Shown here in pieces: positions 1-9,767 of a DNA stretch of 64,000 bases. The stretch spans positions 32,001 to 96,000 of IMG/VR virus record IMGVR_UViG_3300027857_000012; one strand, written 5' to 3'. Position 1 is the first letter of the stretch; each line of letters opens with the position of its first letter. Origin of the DNA: a virus. A program made the position numbers and the translations under genes. The notes beneath the pieces were generated by a model. It did no database searches. It had not been told where the DNA came from and worked only from the letters and a program-made list of their open reading frames with translations.

Positions 1-453
1 TGGCTCGAATCGATGTATCTGAACGCTCGTGCGAACCCAGAAGCGCTCCTTGTCAGTGTCAAAGACCATAAAGCATTCACAAATATTATCACAACGAGCA
101 CAAACTTCCGTGTGAATGTGCAACCAACACAAGCAACATTGTCTGATATGGTTGGTGGAGGACGAGCGACAAAATGGTTGAATCAAACAACTGGTCGCCT
201 GATCGATATTATCATGGTTCCGTACCTGATGCAAGGAACAGTCATTGCTGCGTCGCTCACACTGCCATTCCAAGTTGCTGAAATTGACAAACCACCGCTA
301 CGCGTTAGCACAAACAGAGAAATGTGGGCGCTCGAATACCCACCTGATCAAAGTCACCCAACACAGTGGATGTATGGGGCGTATTCGAGTGAAACAGTCG
401 TGTGTCAATACCTTGGCGGGCAAGGCATTCTCACGGGTATTGTCACAGCATAA
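1..453 (+). CDS. C-terminal part of probable major capsid protein (starts before window)
   Basis: Frame is open from base 1; followed by a terminator and then head-completion genes. The call is positional. Confidence 0.5.
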   Translation, partial: WLESMYLNARANPEALLVSVKDHKAFTNIITTSTNFRVNVQPTQATLSDMVGGGRATKWLNQTTGRLIDIIMVPYLMQGTVIAASLTLPFQVAEIDKPPLRVSTNREMWALEYPPDQSHPTQWMYGAYSSETVVCQYLGGQGILTGIVTA

Positions 454-496
454 GCGAAGTCACGCATTTCATCCTTGGTCGACTCAGAGGTCACTG

Positions 497-538
497 AACC
501 CTAGAGCAGATGCATCGTCATTCTAGGGTTTTTCTTTT
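497..538 (+). terminator. Rho-independent terminator
   Basis: aaccctaga...tctagggtt stem followed by tttctttt. Confidence 0.7.
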
Positions 539-559
539 ATTCAAAAGAAGGAGACCTGT

Positions 560-868
560 GTGGATAATCCAAATATTGCATCCGGATCGAGTTCAACGCC
601 AAACGCGCTTGATCGTGTTGGATCGAAGGCAACATTCCCTGTAGGACCGTCGATTGATGCACCACAATCAAAAGCTGTTGGCACATCATACCAACTCTCA
701 AATGCGAACACTGTTAGTAGATCACCAACACAGGTAAGTGGGACTGGTACAAATGTTGCAGGACAAGCATCAATGTCAGTCCCTTCTACGAAAATGTCAT
801 TTGACAAAGTACAACCAAAAATGATGCCAACAACACCAGGCCCTATGGGCACTGATCACAAACCATAG
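560..868 (+). CDS. hypothetical virion-module protein
   Basis: aaggag RBS, GTG start, S/T/P-rich. Confidence 0.65.
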   Translation: MDNPNIASGSSSTPNALDRVGSKATFPVGPSIDAPQSKAVGTSYQLSNANTVSRSPTQVSGTGTNVAGQASMSVPSTKMSFDKVQPKMMPTTPGPMGTDHKP

Positions 869-877
869 GAGAAATAC

Positions 878-1477
878 ATGCCAAATCCAGCGACAGACGG
901 ATCAGTGCCACAAGATACGCGTGGCGTCCCTGCAAATAGCGTATATGTACCAGGTACTGGAACAATTGCGCAGCAAGGTGGAACACTATCTGTCGACAGT
1001 ACTGGCACACCGTCAGCACCAAGTAGTGATAACATAGCGCAGGTGGCAGGGGCAGTTGTGCCTGTCGCCACTGATAATCTTGCATTTGCAGGGCAATTTC
1101 CTGCCATTCAAATGGGACAAACTGGTACAGGCGTTGTTTCTGTTGAACGTGTGCCAAATAAAATTTTGAATGTGCCTGGCACAGCGGTCACGGCTGGAAC
1201 AGCGGTCTCCATCTGGACACCAACGTCAGGAAAGAAATTTCGCTTAATGGGGTATCACCTTTCGAGCACTGTTGCGTCTTCACTCATTTTCAAAGATGGA
1301 ACAAGTAGCGGCAGTGCTGTCGAATTTTTACGAACGCCAATTCAAGCAGTGAATACTGGCACACCGAGTCCTCCTTTAGGCAATGGGTTTCTTTCAGCAG
1401 CGGCAAACAATCAATTGTGGCTTGATGTCACAGCAAGTGGAACTGTACATGGATTCGCAATCGGCATCGAAGAATAG
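878..1477 (+). CDS. virion decoration/fibre-like protein
   Basis: aggag RBS; C-terminal beta-rich domain loosely similar to those of the ORFs at 3220, 3678 and 4938. Confidence 0.6.
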   Translation: MPNPATDGSVPQDTRGVPANSVYVPGTGTIAQQGGTLSVDSTGTPSAPSSDNIAQVAGAVVPVATDNLAFAGQFPAIQMGQTGTGVVSVERVPNKILNVPGTAVTAGTAVSIWTPTSGKKFRLMGYHLSSTVASSLIFKDGTSSGSAVEFLRTPIQAVNTGTPSPPLGNGFLSAAANNQLWLDVTASGTVHGFAIGIEE

Positions 1478-1485
1478 AGGTACAC

Positions 1486-1701
1486 ATGCAGACACCAGGT
1501 GATCCACTCAATGTTCAGAATTTACCTTGTGCACAGGGCATCGTGCCAAATGTTCTCTATGTACCAACGTATCACACAGTAGCCAGCGGTGCATACGTTG
1601 GGGGGTACCAATGGATTGTCCCAACAACGGTCCCAGTCACAACACTGACATATCAAACAATTTCAATGTTGCCACTCACACCTGAACAAAAATCATCATA
1701 A
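1486..1701 (+). CDS. small hypothetical virion protein
   Basis: gaggt RBS; tightly packed between neighbours. Confidence 0.55.
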   Translation: MQTPGDPLNVQNLPCAQGIVPNVLYVPTYHTVASGAYVGGYQWIVPTTVPVTTLTYQTISMLPLTPEQKSS

Positions 1702-1705
1702 TGGA

Positions 1706-2602
1706 GTGCAAGTGGATACGTACATCAGTTGGTTTGATTGGAGTCAAGAGACAACAGGTCTCGAATGGGCATCACTCGTCGGAAATACTGGGCGCCTTGG
1801 AACAATCACAATGGGTGCAACGACGCTCCCAATTGTTCCAGCACTGACTGCAACACAAATCAACCAATATGATGTTATTACGATTTTTGATGGATCGTCA
1901 TCTGAAACAGTCACAGCAACTGCGCCAATTTCGATTGGTGCAACAGCACTCACGACAACGGCAACGACATTCGCACATGCTGCCGGAACGTGTTATTGCA
2001 CTGATGGAGCACTAGGGAGTCTTGCAAAACAGATCATCAAAGCGAGTCAATGGCTCGAAACAATTTGTCGTCAATCGCTTTTTGCGACAACATACACAAA
2101 CGAAGAATTAGGCATGCCGACAATGCGTGCATCGATTGACAATCACTCAACATTGCATTTTCGACCAAGACATTGGCCGATTAATTCGTTGACAGCACTT
2201 TCAATCGTGACAATTGTCGGCAGTTCGATTACACTTGACCCGACACAGGTCATCATTGATTCAGATAAACAAATTTGTAGTTTACCTAATTTTCAAACAC
2301 TTTCGATTGGAGGAGGCACAGTTGCTTATCCTCCGTGGAATATTGTCAGTCGGTACCAAGAAGCACAACTTATTTTGACATATACAGCTGGGTACGCGAC
2401 ACTTCCAGCAGATATCACCGAAGCAGTTGTTCTTTTAACAAGTGATATTCTTGCGAAACGGCAAAATCCTGTCGGAGCAACAGAAATTGATAGTGGTGTT
2501 CGACGAAACATTGCTGTACTGCGAGGTGATAACACAGGTGAAAGTTTGCTTTTTAAACGGGCAAAACGAATTCTTGACAATTACACAATGCAGTCATTCT
2601 AG
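1706..2602 (+). CDS. head-tail connector/adaptor (gp6/gp15-like) with inserted domain
   Basis: IIKASQWLETICRQ ... TYTAGYATLPADITEAVVLL ... RILDNY pattern typical of adaptors. Confidence 0.7.
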   Translation: MQVDTYISWFDWSQETTGLEWASLVGNTGRLGTITMGATTLPIVPALTATQINQYDVITIFDGSSSETVTATAPISIGATALTTTATTFAHAAGTCYCTDGALGSLAKQIIKASQWLETICRQSLFATTYTNEELGMPTMRASIDNHSTLHFRPRHWPINSLTALSIVTIVGSSITLDPTQVIIDSDKQICSLPNFQTLSIGGGTVAYPPWNIVSRYQEAQLILTYTAGYATLPADITEAVVLLTSDILAKRQNPVGATEIDSGVRRNIAVLRGDNTGESLLFKRAKRILDNYTMQSF

Positions 2603-2610
2603 GAGTCCAC

Positions 2611-2931
2611 ATGTCAGAAGATGTTCGAGGGAACATTGTGCGAGGAACACAATCCGTCATTTCGAACATTGTTGTGCAATTAGACAAATTGAACCCATTG
2701 GAAGCATCTGCGTATCAGGGCGCTGACCCGCATTTTACATATCGAGCAATTACGATCATGGTTCCGCTCGCTGATACACAATTCATTCGATTTCGTGACC
2801 ATCTTATTGATCAAAATGTCATCGATACAGTTACGAATGTACAACGAATTTATTTGATTGTGAGCGATCCTGAAATGCACACCATCGATGGACATTGGCA
2901 GTGGGTGTGCACGAGAATGAGAGGAAAATAG
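2611..2931 (+). CDS. head closure/stopper-like protein
   Basis: Follows the connector; ~106 aa, beta-rich, ends HWQWVCTR. Confidence 0.5.
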   Translation: MSEDVRGNIVRGTQSVISNIVVQLDKLNPLEASAYQGADPHFTYRAITIMVPLADTQFIRFRDHLIDQNVIDTVTNVQRIYLIVSDPEMHTIDGHWQWVCTRMRGK

Positions 2932-2933
2932 CA

Positions 2934-3200
2934 ATGCGAACACGACAAGCAAAAAGTGCACATATCAGCGAAGTGCCCGATCCAGTCGGGCTTCCGTCCA
3001 TAGCGCCACTCACAATGCCAGAACCATCACTTGAAGAACGTTTTCTCGCGCTCGAACAACGTCTTGAGAGTCTCGAGCGGCAGGCGCACACAGAACATAC
3101 GATTGGGCAGGAAACGCTTGATTCAATTGCAGCGCACGTTGTTCGTCGTTTAAACGAGCACCTCCGACAAATGTCAGGAGGCGTCCCACAAGAACCGTAG
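2934..3200 (+). CDS. hypothetical coiled-coil protein
   Basis: gagg RBS; LEERFLALEQRLESLE heptads. Confidence 0.55.
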   Translation: MRTRQAKSAHISEVPDPVGLPSIAPLTMPEPSLEERFLALEQRLESLERQAHTEHTIGQETLDSIAAHVVRRLNEHLRQMSGGVPQEP

Positions 3201-3219
3201 GGAGCCACGAGGCAGATGC

Positions 3220-3666
3220 ATGGTCAACTTTGGATCGACGCCGACAAGTACGACGCCACTTGGAACGAATCAGTTTCCTGTCAGCGCAACATATGTTCCA
3301 GGAACAGCTGGAGGCAATCTCACAGCACTTCAAGGTGGACCAATCTCAACCGACGGATTGGGCAACGTATCAGCACCTGTCGTTGTTGTTTTCGGAGGCA
3401 CTGCAACATTTCCAGTGCCAGGTAATTCTGGTGTAACCGTCGTTCGAAATAGTCCCGGTCGTTTAGCAAGCGTGATCGTAACAACGAGCGGATCAGCACA
3501 ACTCAATATTTATGATAATGCAACGCAAGCATCTGGAACGATTATTGGTGCAGTTCCAGCCAATGCAGCAGTTGGTTCTGTGTATGCATTCAATAGCCCT
3601 GCTGCACTTGGAATTGTTGTGAATTCAGTTGCATTTAGTTGTTCTGTGACAATTTGCTATTATTAG
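3220..3666 (+). CDS. virion fibre/decoration protein
   Basis: C-terminal domain GRLASVIVTTSG...YDNAT...PANAAVGSVY paralogous to the next ORF. Confidence 0.65.
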   Translation: MVNFGSTPTSTTPLGTNQFPVSATYVPGTAGGNLTALQGGPISTDGLGNVSAPVVVVFGGTATFPVPGNSGVTVVRNSPGRLASVIVTTSGSAQLNIYDNATQASGTIIGAVPANAAVGSVYAFNSPAALGIVVNSVAFSCSVTICYY

Positions 3667-3677
3667 CGGAGTAAGCT

Positions 3678-4928
3678 ATGTCAACAGTCAATGTAGGGAA
3701 CTCAACGAGTAATCCCGTTCCAGTGAACGTGAATGCGGCACTCCCAGCTGGCGGTAACACCATTGGCAATGTCAACATTCAAGCAAGTGGTTCTGCTGTC
3801 TCGCTTGGACAAGCGGTCATGGCTTCCTCGCTTCCAGTCGTTATCGCGAGCAACCAAAGTAATCTACCCACGAACTTTGTTCAAGTCGCTGGATCCGCGA
3901 TTGCAACAGCTGCCACCGGCATCATCAAAGTTGGATTAACTGATGGCACAGGCAATGCCATTACAAGTACCTCTAGCGCGATTGATGTCAACATCAAAAG
4001 TGGAGGAGGCTCTGGTTTCAGTGTTGTCGATGAAGTGGCATGGACAGCAGGCACGTCTGCACTCGTACCAACAGGCGGCGTCTTCAATGATTCTGCTGCG
4101 GCACTCACATCTGGGCAAGAAGGCACGATTCGACTCACGAACAATCGTGCTATTCACGTCAACCTTCGTGACGCAAGTGCGAATCAATTGCTAGGATCAA
4201 AGACAAGTGCCAACTCTTTGCCAGTTGTCATTGCGTCTGATCAAGCCGGGCCACTTCCTGTTGCGGGCATGGTTGCATCTGGATCAGCGAATGCCAATAA
4301 TCCTGTGAAGATTGGTGGTGCCTTTAACACAACGCAACCGACTGTCACGAATGGGCAGGCAGTTGATGCGCAGTATTCTGCTCGTGGTGCAGCCATCGTC
4401 ACGACGGGTGTCGATACATTCAATGTCACGATCAATGCAGCTATTCCAGCAGGCGGCAATACGATTGGTGCCGTCACACAAGCATCTGGTCCATGGACAT
4501 CGAATATTACACAAGTCGGCGGATCATCACTTGCGCTCGGACAGACCACAATGTCTGCAAGTGTCCCTGTTGCCTTTGCAAGTAACCAAAGCTCGTTAGG
4601 TGTCACACTTCCTGCAAATAACACGACGATGATTGGTGTTGTCAGTCCAGGAGGTATTTCGACATCAGCAATTGCAGCGGCAGCCACGAACACTGTTGTC
4701 AAGAGTGGTGCAGGTCGACTCTGTCGCGTTATGATCACGACATCTGGCACTGCTGCGCTAACATTTTACGACAATGCAACGGGCGGATCAACGACTGGCA
4801 ACATTCTTGGAGTCATCCCTGCAAATGCTGCTGCCGGGTCTGTCTACGATTTCCAATTTATCGCATCAACAGGTATTCAGGCACCGGGAGGTGCAAGTAC
4901 ACCTGCAGTAACTGTTGGGTATATCTAA
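3678..4928 (+). CDS. virion fibre protein with internal repeats
   Basis: Repeats of PAGGNTIG and S(L/V)PVVIAS(N/D)Q; shared C-terminal domain. Confidence 0.7.
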   Translation: MSTVNVGNSTSNPVPVNVNAALPAGGNTIGNVNIQASGSAVSLGQAVMASSLPVVIASNQSNLPTNFVQVAGSAIATAATGIIKVGLTDGTGNAITSTSSAIDVNIKSGGGSGFSVVDEVAWTAGTSALVPTGGVFNDSAAALTSGQEGTIRLTNNRAIHVNLRDASANQLLGSKTSANSLPVVIASDQAGPLPVAGMVASGSANANNPVKIGGAFNTTQPTVTNGQAVDAQYSARGAAIVTTGVDTFNVTINAAIPAGGNTIGAVTQASGPWTSNITQVGGSSLALGQTTMSASVPVAFASNQSSLGVTLPANNTTMIGVVSPGGISTSAIAAAATNTVVKSGAGRLCRVMITTSGTAALTFYDNATGGSTTGNILGVIPANAAAGSVYDFQFIASTGIQAPGGASTPAVTVGYI

Positions 4929-4937
4929 AGGCATACA

Positions 4938-7253
4938 ATGTCAACTGTCAATATCGGATCGTCACTCCCAGCTGGGAGCAACATCCTTGGACAAGTGAAA
5001 CTCGTCGATACTGGTGGCGTCAATCAACTTGCGATTGACGCGAATAACAACGCGCACGTGACGCTGTACAATGCCGCAAATGCGATGGCAATTGATAGTT
5101 CGAATAACGCACATGTGGGCGTGTGGAACGGTGCAAATCAACTTGCTGTGAATGCATCTGGAAATGCTGCTATAAATCTACTTCAAGTGGGTTCCGCAAC
5201 AGTCACTCTTGGCTCAAAAACGAGTGCAAATAGTTTCCCAGTCGTTATCGCTTCAGATCAGGGATCTGTAAAAATCAACATAGACCAAACGACCATTGGC
5301 ACGACAAATGGTATGGTCATTGTCAACAACAATACGGGTAGCACGATTTCAGCGGAAATCGCAGCGACGAAACGCCTGCGTGTCCAAATGGACAGCACAC
5401 AGGTATTTTATGAAGCGTGGGATTCTGGCACTGTAGAAACGACCTATAACTGGAATGCTGCCATCACTGGTGGAAATGGTTCTTCAACACCTTCTGCAGG
5501 TCAGGAAATACTAAGCAGTGGAACAACAGCAAATGGGTACGCCTATCTAACAAGTAAAAACAAATTTCAGCCAGTATCACCTGGATATCTCCAGTTTGAT
5601 CATCAAATACAATTTACATTTGCACTTCCAGCACATACTTATGCCTATTGGGGCGCAGGAACAGTGCCTGCGACACCTACTTCTGCTGCACCACTGACAG
5701 ATGCAGTCGCATTTGAACTTGCCACAAACGGAAAAATGTCGGCAGTTTGTTACGCGGGTGGTACGCGCAATTCAATTCAAGATTTATCATCATCGACTGG
5801 AAATAGTACGCAACCAGCTGACGCAAACGTGCACAAGTATGAAATTTATATACGCGGCGACAATATGTACTGGCTTATTGATAATCAATCTGTCGCTTCT
5901 ATTTCGACTGGTGCTCTTGGACCAAATACAAATCTCTTGCCAATAATGTTGCTTTCTGGTGTCGATGCAACAGGCGCGTCAAGTGCACAACAATTAACAA
6001 GTGCCGCTGTGTATGTCGGAGATACATCAAAAGCATTTTTCCATATTTCTGATCCGACACATCCGCAATATGCTGTTACTGTCAAACCGGGGTCAACTGC
6101 TATCGCTGCTACTGATCCATCACTTGCCATAGGATTTTCGCCAAACTCGCCACTTCCTACAGGCAGTAATACAATCGGAGCTGTCACACAGGCTTCCGGT
6201 CCTTGGTCTGAAAATCTTACTCAAATAGCAGGATCTAGTATCGCGACAGCAGCGACTGGTGTACAAAAAATAGGTATTGTTGGTAGTGGTGGAGCGACGA
6301 TTGATAGCACGATAGGAGCTGGCACTGCTCCAACAAATGCTATCATTGCTGGATCTACATATAATTCTTCTGCGCCCGCACCCACCACAGGACAGGCAAT
6401 GGCTTTGCAGGCAGATCAAGCTGGAAATCTGCGTGTATTTCCTGGAATCGCACTTACTACACTTGCTGCATGGACAACGAGCACAACAGTCAATACAACA
6501 CAGACTATTTTCACCAACAGTGGCGCACCTGCAGTACTCATTCAATTAAACCAAACAACAACAATCACTGTTGGCGCTATCACGTTTGAAGTCACATTTG
6601 ATGGAACAAACTGGGTAACAGCAACGGCTAATTGTATCATTGACCCAACATCAGCAACATATGCACAAATAGCGCTTCCGTACACATTACAAGCGAGCAC
6701 GAATAAAGCATTTATTATCGATAACAATGGTTGGCAAGGACTACGAATTAAACTTTCAACTGCTATCACTGGAACTGGAAGCGTGACACCATTCTATGCG
6801 CTGCTTCCTTATGATCCAGTGGATTCAGCAGTTGTCTATTCTCCTACAGCGGCAAACTTCAATGTTACTGCTGTGCAATCTGGCACATGGCTTGTCCAAT
6901 CACAAGCTGGCACAACTGGCGGTTCAACAGCTTCACACACTATTAGCGCTGCCTCGACGAATGCAACATCGACGAAAGCATCAGCAGGCCTCCTCTATGG
7001 GTTTTGTGTCTCGAACACAAATGCCGCTGCACGGTTCGTCAAGTTTTACAATAAAGCCTCTGCACCGACAGTTGGTACCGATACACCTGTTCTCACAGTA
7101 CAAGTGCCTCCTAACAGTACGGTCATTCGAGCATACCCAGAAGGATTAACATTTAGCACTGGTATTGCGTGGGCAGCGACAGGCGCTATTACTGATGCAG
7201 ATACAACAGCTATTGGATTAAGTGATTTATCAGTTGATTTGAACTACAAATAG
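4938..7253 (+). CDS. long virion fibre protein with lectin-like insert
   Basis: Shares LGSKTSANSxPVVIASDQ and NTIGAVTQASGPW modules with the ORF at 3678. Confidence 0.7.
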   Translation: MSTVNIGSSLPAGSNILGQVKLVDTGGVNQLAIDANNNAHVTLYNAANAMAIDSSNNAHVGVWNGANQLAVNASGNAAINLLQVGSATVTLGSKTSANSFPVVIASDQGSVKINIDQTTIGTTNGMVIVNNNTGSTISAEIAATKRLRVQMDSTQVFYEAWDSGTVETTYNWNAAITGGNGSSTPSAGQEILSSGTTANGYAYLTSKNKFQPVSPGYLQFDHQIQFTFALPAHTYAYWGAGTVPATPTSAAPLTDAVAFELATNGKMSAVCYAGGTRNSIQDLSSSTGNSTQPADANVHKYEIYIRGDNMYWLIDNQSVASISTGALGPNTNLLPIMLLSGVDATGASSAQQLTSAAVYVGDTSKAFFHISDPTHPQYAVTVKPGSTAIAATDPSLAIGFSPNSPLPTGSNTIGAVTQASGPWSENLTQIAGSSIATAATGVQKIGIVGSGGATIDSTIGAGTAPTNAIIAGSTYNSSAPAPTTGQAMALQADQAGNLRVFPGIALTTLAAWTTSTTVNTTQTIFTNSGAPAVLIQLNQTTTITVGAITFEVTFDGTNWVTATANCIIDPTSATYAQIALPYTLQASTNKAFIIDNNGWQGLRIKLSTAITGTGSVTPFYALLPYDPVDSAVVYSPTAANFNVTAVQSGTWLVQSQAGTTGGSTASHTISAASTNATSTKASAGLLYGFCVSNTNAAARFVKFYNKASAPTVGTDTPVLTVQVPPNSTVIRAYPEGLTFSTGIAWAATGAITDADTTAIGLSDLSVDLNYK

Positions 7254-7268
7254 AAAGGAGGCGACACT

Positions 7269-7931
7269 GTGGCATTTCCAACGTTTGACTCAGTTTTTAA
7301 CATTACACCGAATACGACAGCAACATGGTCACATACTGTCACCTCCTCACAGAGTAACAGGATCATTCTCGTTGCAGTCAATTGTGTGACAACAACAGGT
7401 GCTACAACGACAGCAGTATCCTACAATAGTTTGGCGCTCACAAAAATTATCGCAAAAGTGTATAACGGAACTAGCTCAAACGAGATTACATTGTGGTATC
7501 GTGTTGCACCATCGACAGGCTCCAATACAGTTTCTGTGACCATCACTGGAACAGGATCACTTACTGGTGATTCAGTGTCCTATTATAACGTTTCTCAAAC
7601 CAGTCCTATCGCGACATCTGCGAGTTTTAGTGGAACGACACTCAATCCAAGCAATTCACTTTCTAGCACAGATACAACAATGCTCGTCGTAGATGCACTC
7701 GCCAATCGAGGGAATGCGTCGTTCGGAGCAGCAGGATCAGGACAAACATCCCGGTATGCAGGAGCACCATCGTCTGGCCTTGCCGGTTCTGAAAAAACAG
7801 GGACATCAAGCAGCACCACAATGTCGAGAACGATGGCTGCTGATAATTGGGGGCAAATTATCGCAGCGCTCAACTCGTTTACTGCATCACACCGTATTGT
7901 GAGTGATGGATTTGGAGGAACGTTCTCATGA
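7269..7931 (+). CDS. S/T-rich virion protein
   Basis: gaaaggagg RBS, GTG start. Confidence 0.65.
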   Translation: MAFPTFDSVFNITPNTTATWSHTVTSSQSNRIILVAVNCVTTTGATTTAVSYNSLALTKIIAKVYNGTSSNEITLWYRVAPSTGSNTVSVTITGTGSLTGDSVSYYNVSQTSPIATSASFSGTTLNPSNSLSSTDTTMLVVDALANRGNASFGAAGSGQTSRYAGAPSSGLAGSEKTGTSSSTTMSRTMAADNWGQIIAALNSFTASHRIVSDGFGGTFS

Positions 7932-8170
7932 CAGTGATTACGATTCCTCGAACCTTTGGAGGAACGCTTTTTCTTAATTTGACCGTTGCGACGTCTCCAG
8001 TCCCAGGGCTCTCTGTCACAGCGCTTTTTCGAGATGGTGATGTACTTGCAACAGCACGTGATGGCGCCACAGGAGCCCATTTTCGAGATGGTTTGCTGCA
8101 CACACTATCACGAGATGGTGATATAACAACGCACTCTCGAGATGGTATTCTCCAGATGGGAGGGCGATAA
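7928..8170 (+). CDS. small protein with xxxxxxRDG 9-aa repeats
   Basis: Five RDG repeats; ATGA overlap with the upstream stop. Confidence 0.6.
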   Translation: MTVITIPRTFGGTLFLNLTVATSPVPGLSVTALFRDGDVLATARDGATGAHFRDGLLHTLSRDGDITTHSRDGILQMGGR

Positions 8171-8171
8171 G

Positions 8172-8492
8172 ATGCCAATTAGTCCATGGACACTTGGTCA
8201 ACTTTCTCCGATTTGGACAATTGTTCTTGCTCGAGACAGTAAACCAATGGATCTGACTGGTGTCACGGTCAATCAATTAAGTTTGTTACTCTACAACGGT
8301 AATCATGCCCAAACAGGGACAGGTGCAGGGACATTTACCATCATTGATACAAATCCAGGCGTTATTACATACCAACTTGTTACTGCTGACGTCCCTGTGG
8401 TCACCGGCACTTATTATGTACGAGTCAAAATTAATTTCAATAATGTCGCACCTGATATGTCAGATTATGTGACGTGGACAATTCAAGCATGA
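8172..8492 (+). CDS. BppU N-terminal-like Ig-fold virion protein
   Basis: PMDLTG...GVITYQL...GTYYVRVKI motif. Confidence 0.55.
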   Translation: MPISPWTLGQLSPIWTIVLARDSKPMDLTGVTVNQLSLLLYNGNHAQTGTGAGTFTIIDTNPGVITYQLVTADVPVVTGTYYVRVKINFNNVAPDMSDYVTWTIQA

Positions 8493-8504
8493 AGTGAGAA
8501 ACAT

Positions 8505-8930
8505 ATGGCAGAACCACTCTTTAATGTCACATGGGATTCAGCATCACTCGGTGCGATTGCCAATTTGAATAATTTTAGTAGTTTTTTGGACCCAGAAATG
8601 GTTGTTGCGCTGACTGAAATTGGTGATTTGATTGTACAAGCAGCCATTTCGAATACATGGTCTGTATTTTCGAGTCCAAGCGGGCAACTTGCAAGTGCGA
8701 TTACTTCGTCACTCACTGGCCCACTCGAGGTGATTGTTGAAGTCGGTGTTCCATATGCATGGAGAATGGAAGAGGGTTTTTTTGGAACAGATAGTCTCGG
8801 TCGAACATACAACCAGGAACCAAAACCCTATATTTTGCCAGCAATACAAGATAATGAAGATCAAATTATGGTCTTAATGAATCTCGCAGCAGCAAATGCT
8901 ATTGCAAAAATTGCACCAGGAGGCATTTAA
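8505..8930 (+). CDS. HK97 gp10-like tail completion protein
   Basis: GQLASAI...VPYAWRMEEG...PKPYILPA motif. Confidence 0.7.
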   Translation: MAEPLFNVTWDSASLGAIANLNNFSSFLDPEMVVALTEIGDLIVQAAISNTWSVFSSPSGQLASAITSSLTGPLEVIVEVGVPYAWRMEEGFFGTDSLGRTYNQEPKPYILPAIQDNEDQIMVLMNLAAANAIAKIAPGGI

Positions 8931-9425
8931 ATGCCAAGTACAACTACACCGGATACGCTCTCTGTTGCACAAGCCATTGTCTCGTATGGGCAAGGCCTTG
9001 TCGATAACAATAATATTCAAATTTATGCACAAGTGCAAATGGGCGAAATCCGAGATGTCACGAACGTTCTCCTTGCTGGGAATGCATGCTTAGAAATCTA
9101 TGCGAATCAGGACGATAGTCAACATTTCGCATTTGGGGGTAAAATTCGAGATGAGCAAACGTGGTTTCTCCTTTCACTCGTGAGTCTCGATGATGCACAA
9201 GCAGCAGAAATACATATTTATCAAATTCGTGATGCATTAGTTCGACCATTCCAAATTCATGCAACACTTGGTGCAATCGGGAGTGTTTATCATGCCCAGA
9301 TTAAAGCAAATTCTGGTAAGTTCATTAAGATTTTTCGAAATGGGCAATGGTTTCGAGCACATTTGATTGAAGTGATGACTCGACAAGAGTGGTATGTCCC
9401 AACACCTCCAGGTGTCATTGCATAA
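8931..9425 (+). CDS. tail terminator-like protein
   Basis: Size and position between the gp10-like and tail tube genes. Confidence 0.55.
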   Translation: MPSTTTPDTLSVAQAIVSYGQGLVDNNNIQIYAQVQMGEIRDVTNVLLAGNACLEIYANQDDSQHFAFGGKIRDEQTWFLLSLVSLDDAQAAEIHIYQIRDALVRPFQIHATLGAIGSVYHAQIKANSGKFIKIFRNGQWFRAHLIEVMTRQEWYVPTPPGVIA

Positions 9426-9437
9426 AGGAGAAATAGT

Positions 9438-9740
9438 ATGGCAACACAAACATATGCAGCGTATGGATCCAGTTGTGTGATTCCTGGAGTGCCTGGTATT
9501 GTCCTGAACGCTGGACAATGGATCACGATTGATACGACAACATTTCAAATCACTGCACAAGGATTTCTCCCTCCTGTTGTGCCAATTGTCAACAGTGACA
9601 TTGTTGATATTACTGTCGAATACGGAGAAGCTGGTGTCATTCCAGACGCAGCAGGCCAAACGATTGATGCTGGACACGTTGAAACAGTTGATGTGACGAC
9701 AGATACTGTCACGCATGACGGATTTCTGCCATCATCCTAA
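9438..9740 (+). CDS. small virion protein with two-fold internal repeat
   Basis: GVIP...AG...DxTTxxxTxxGFLP occurs twice. Confidence 0.6.
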   Translation: MATQTYAAYGSSCVIPGVPGIVLNAGQWITIDTTTFQITAQGFLPPVVPIVNSDIVDITVEYGEAGVIPDAAGQTIDAGHVETVDVTTDTVTHDGFLPSS

Positions 9741-9767
9741 GAAATTTCCATATGAAGGGATACAGCT

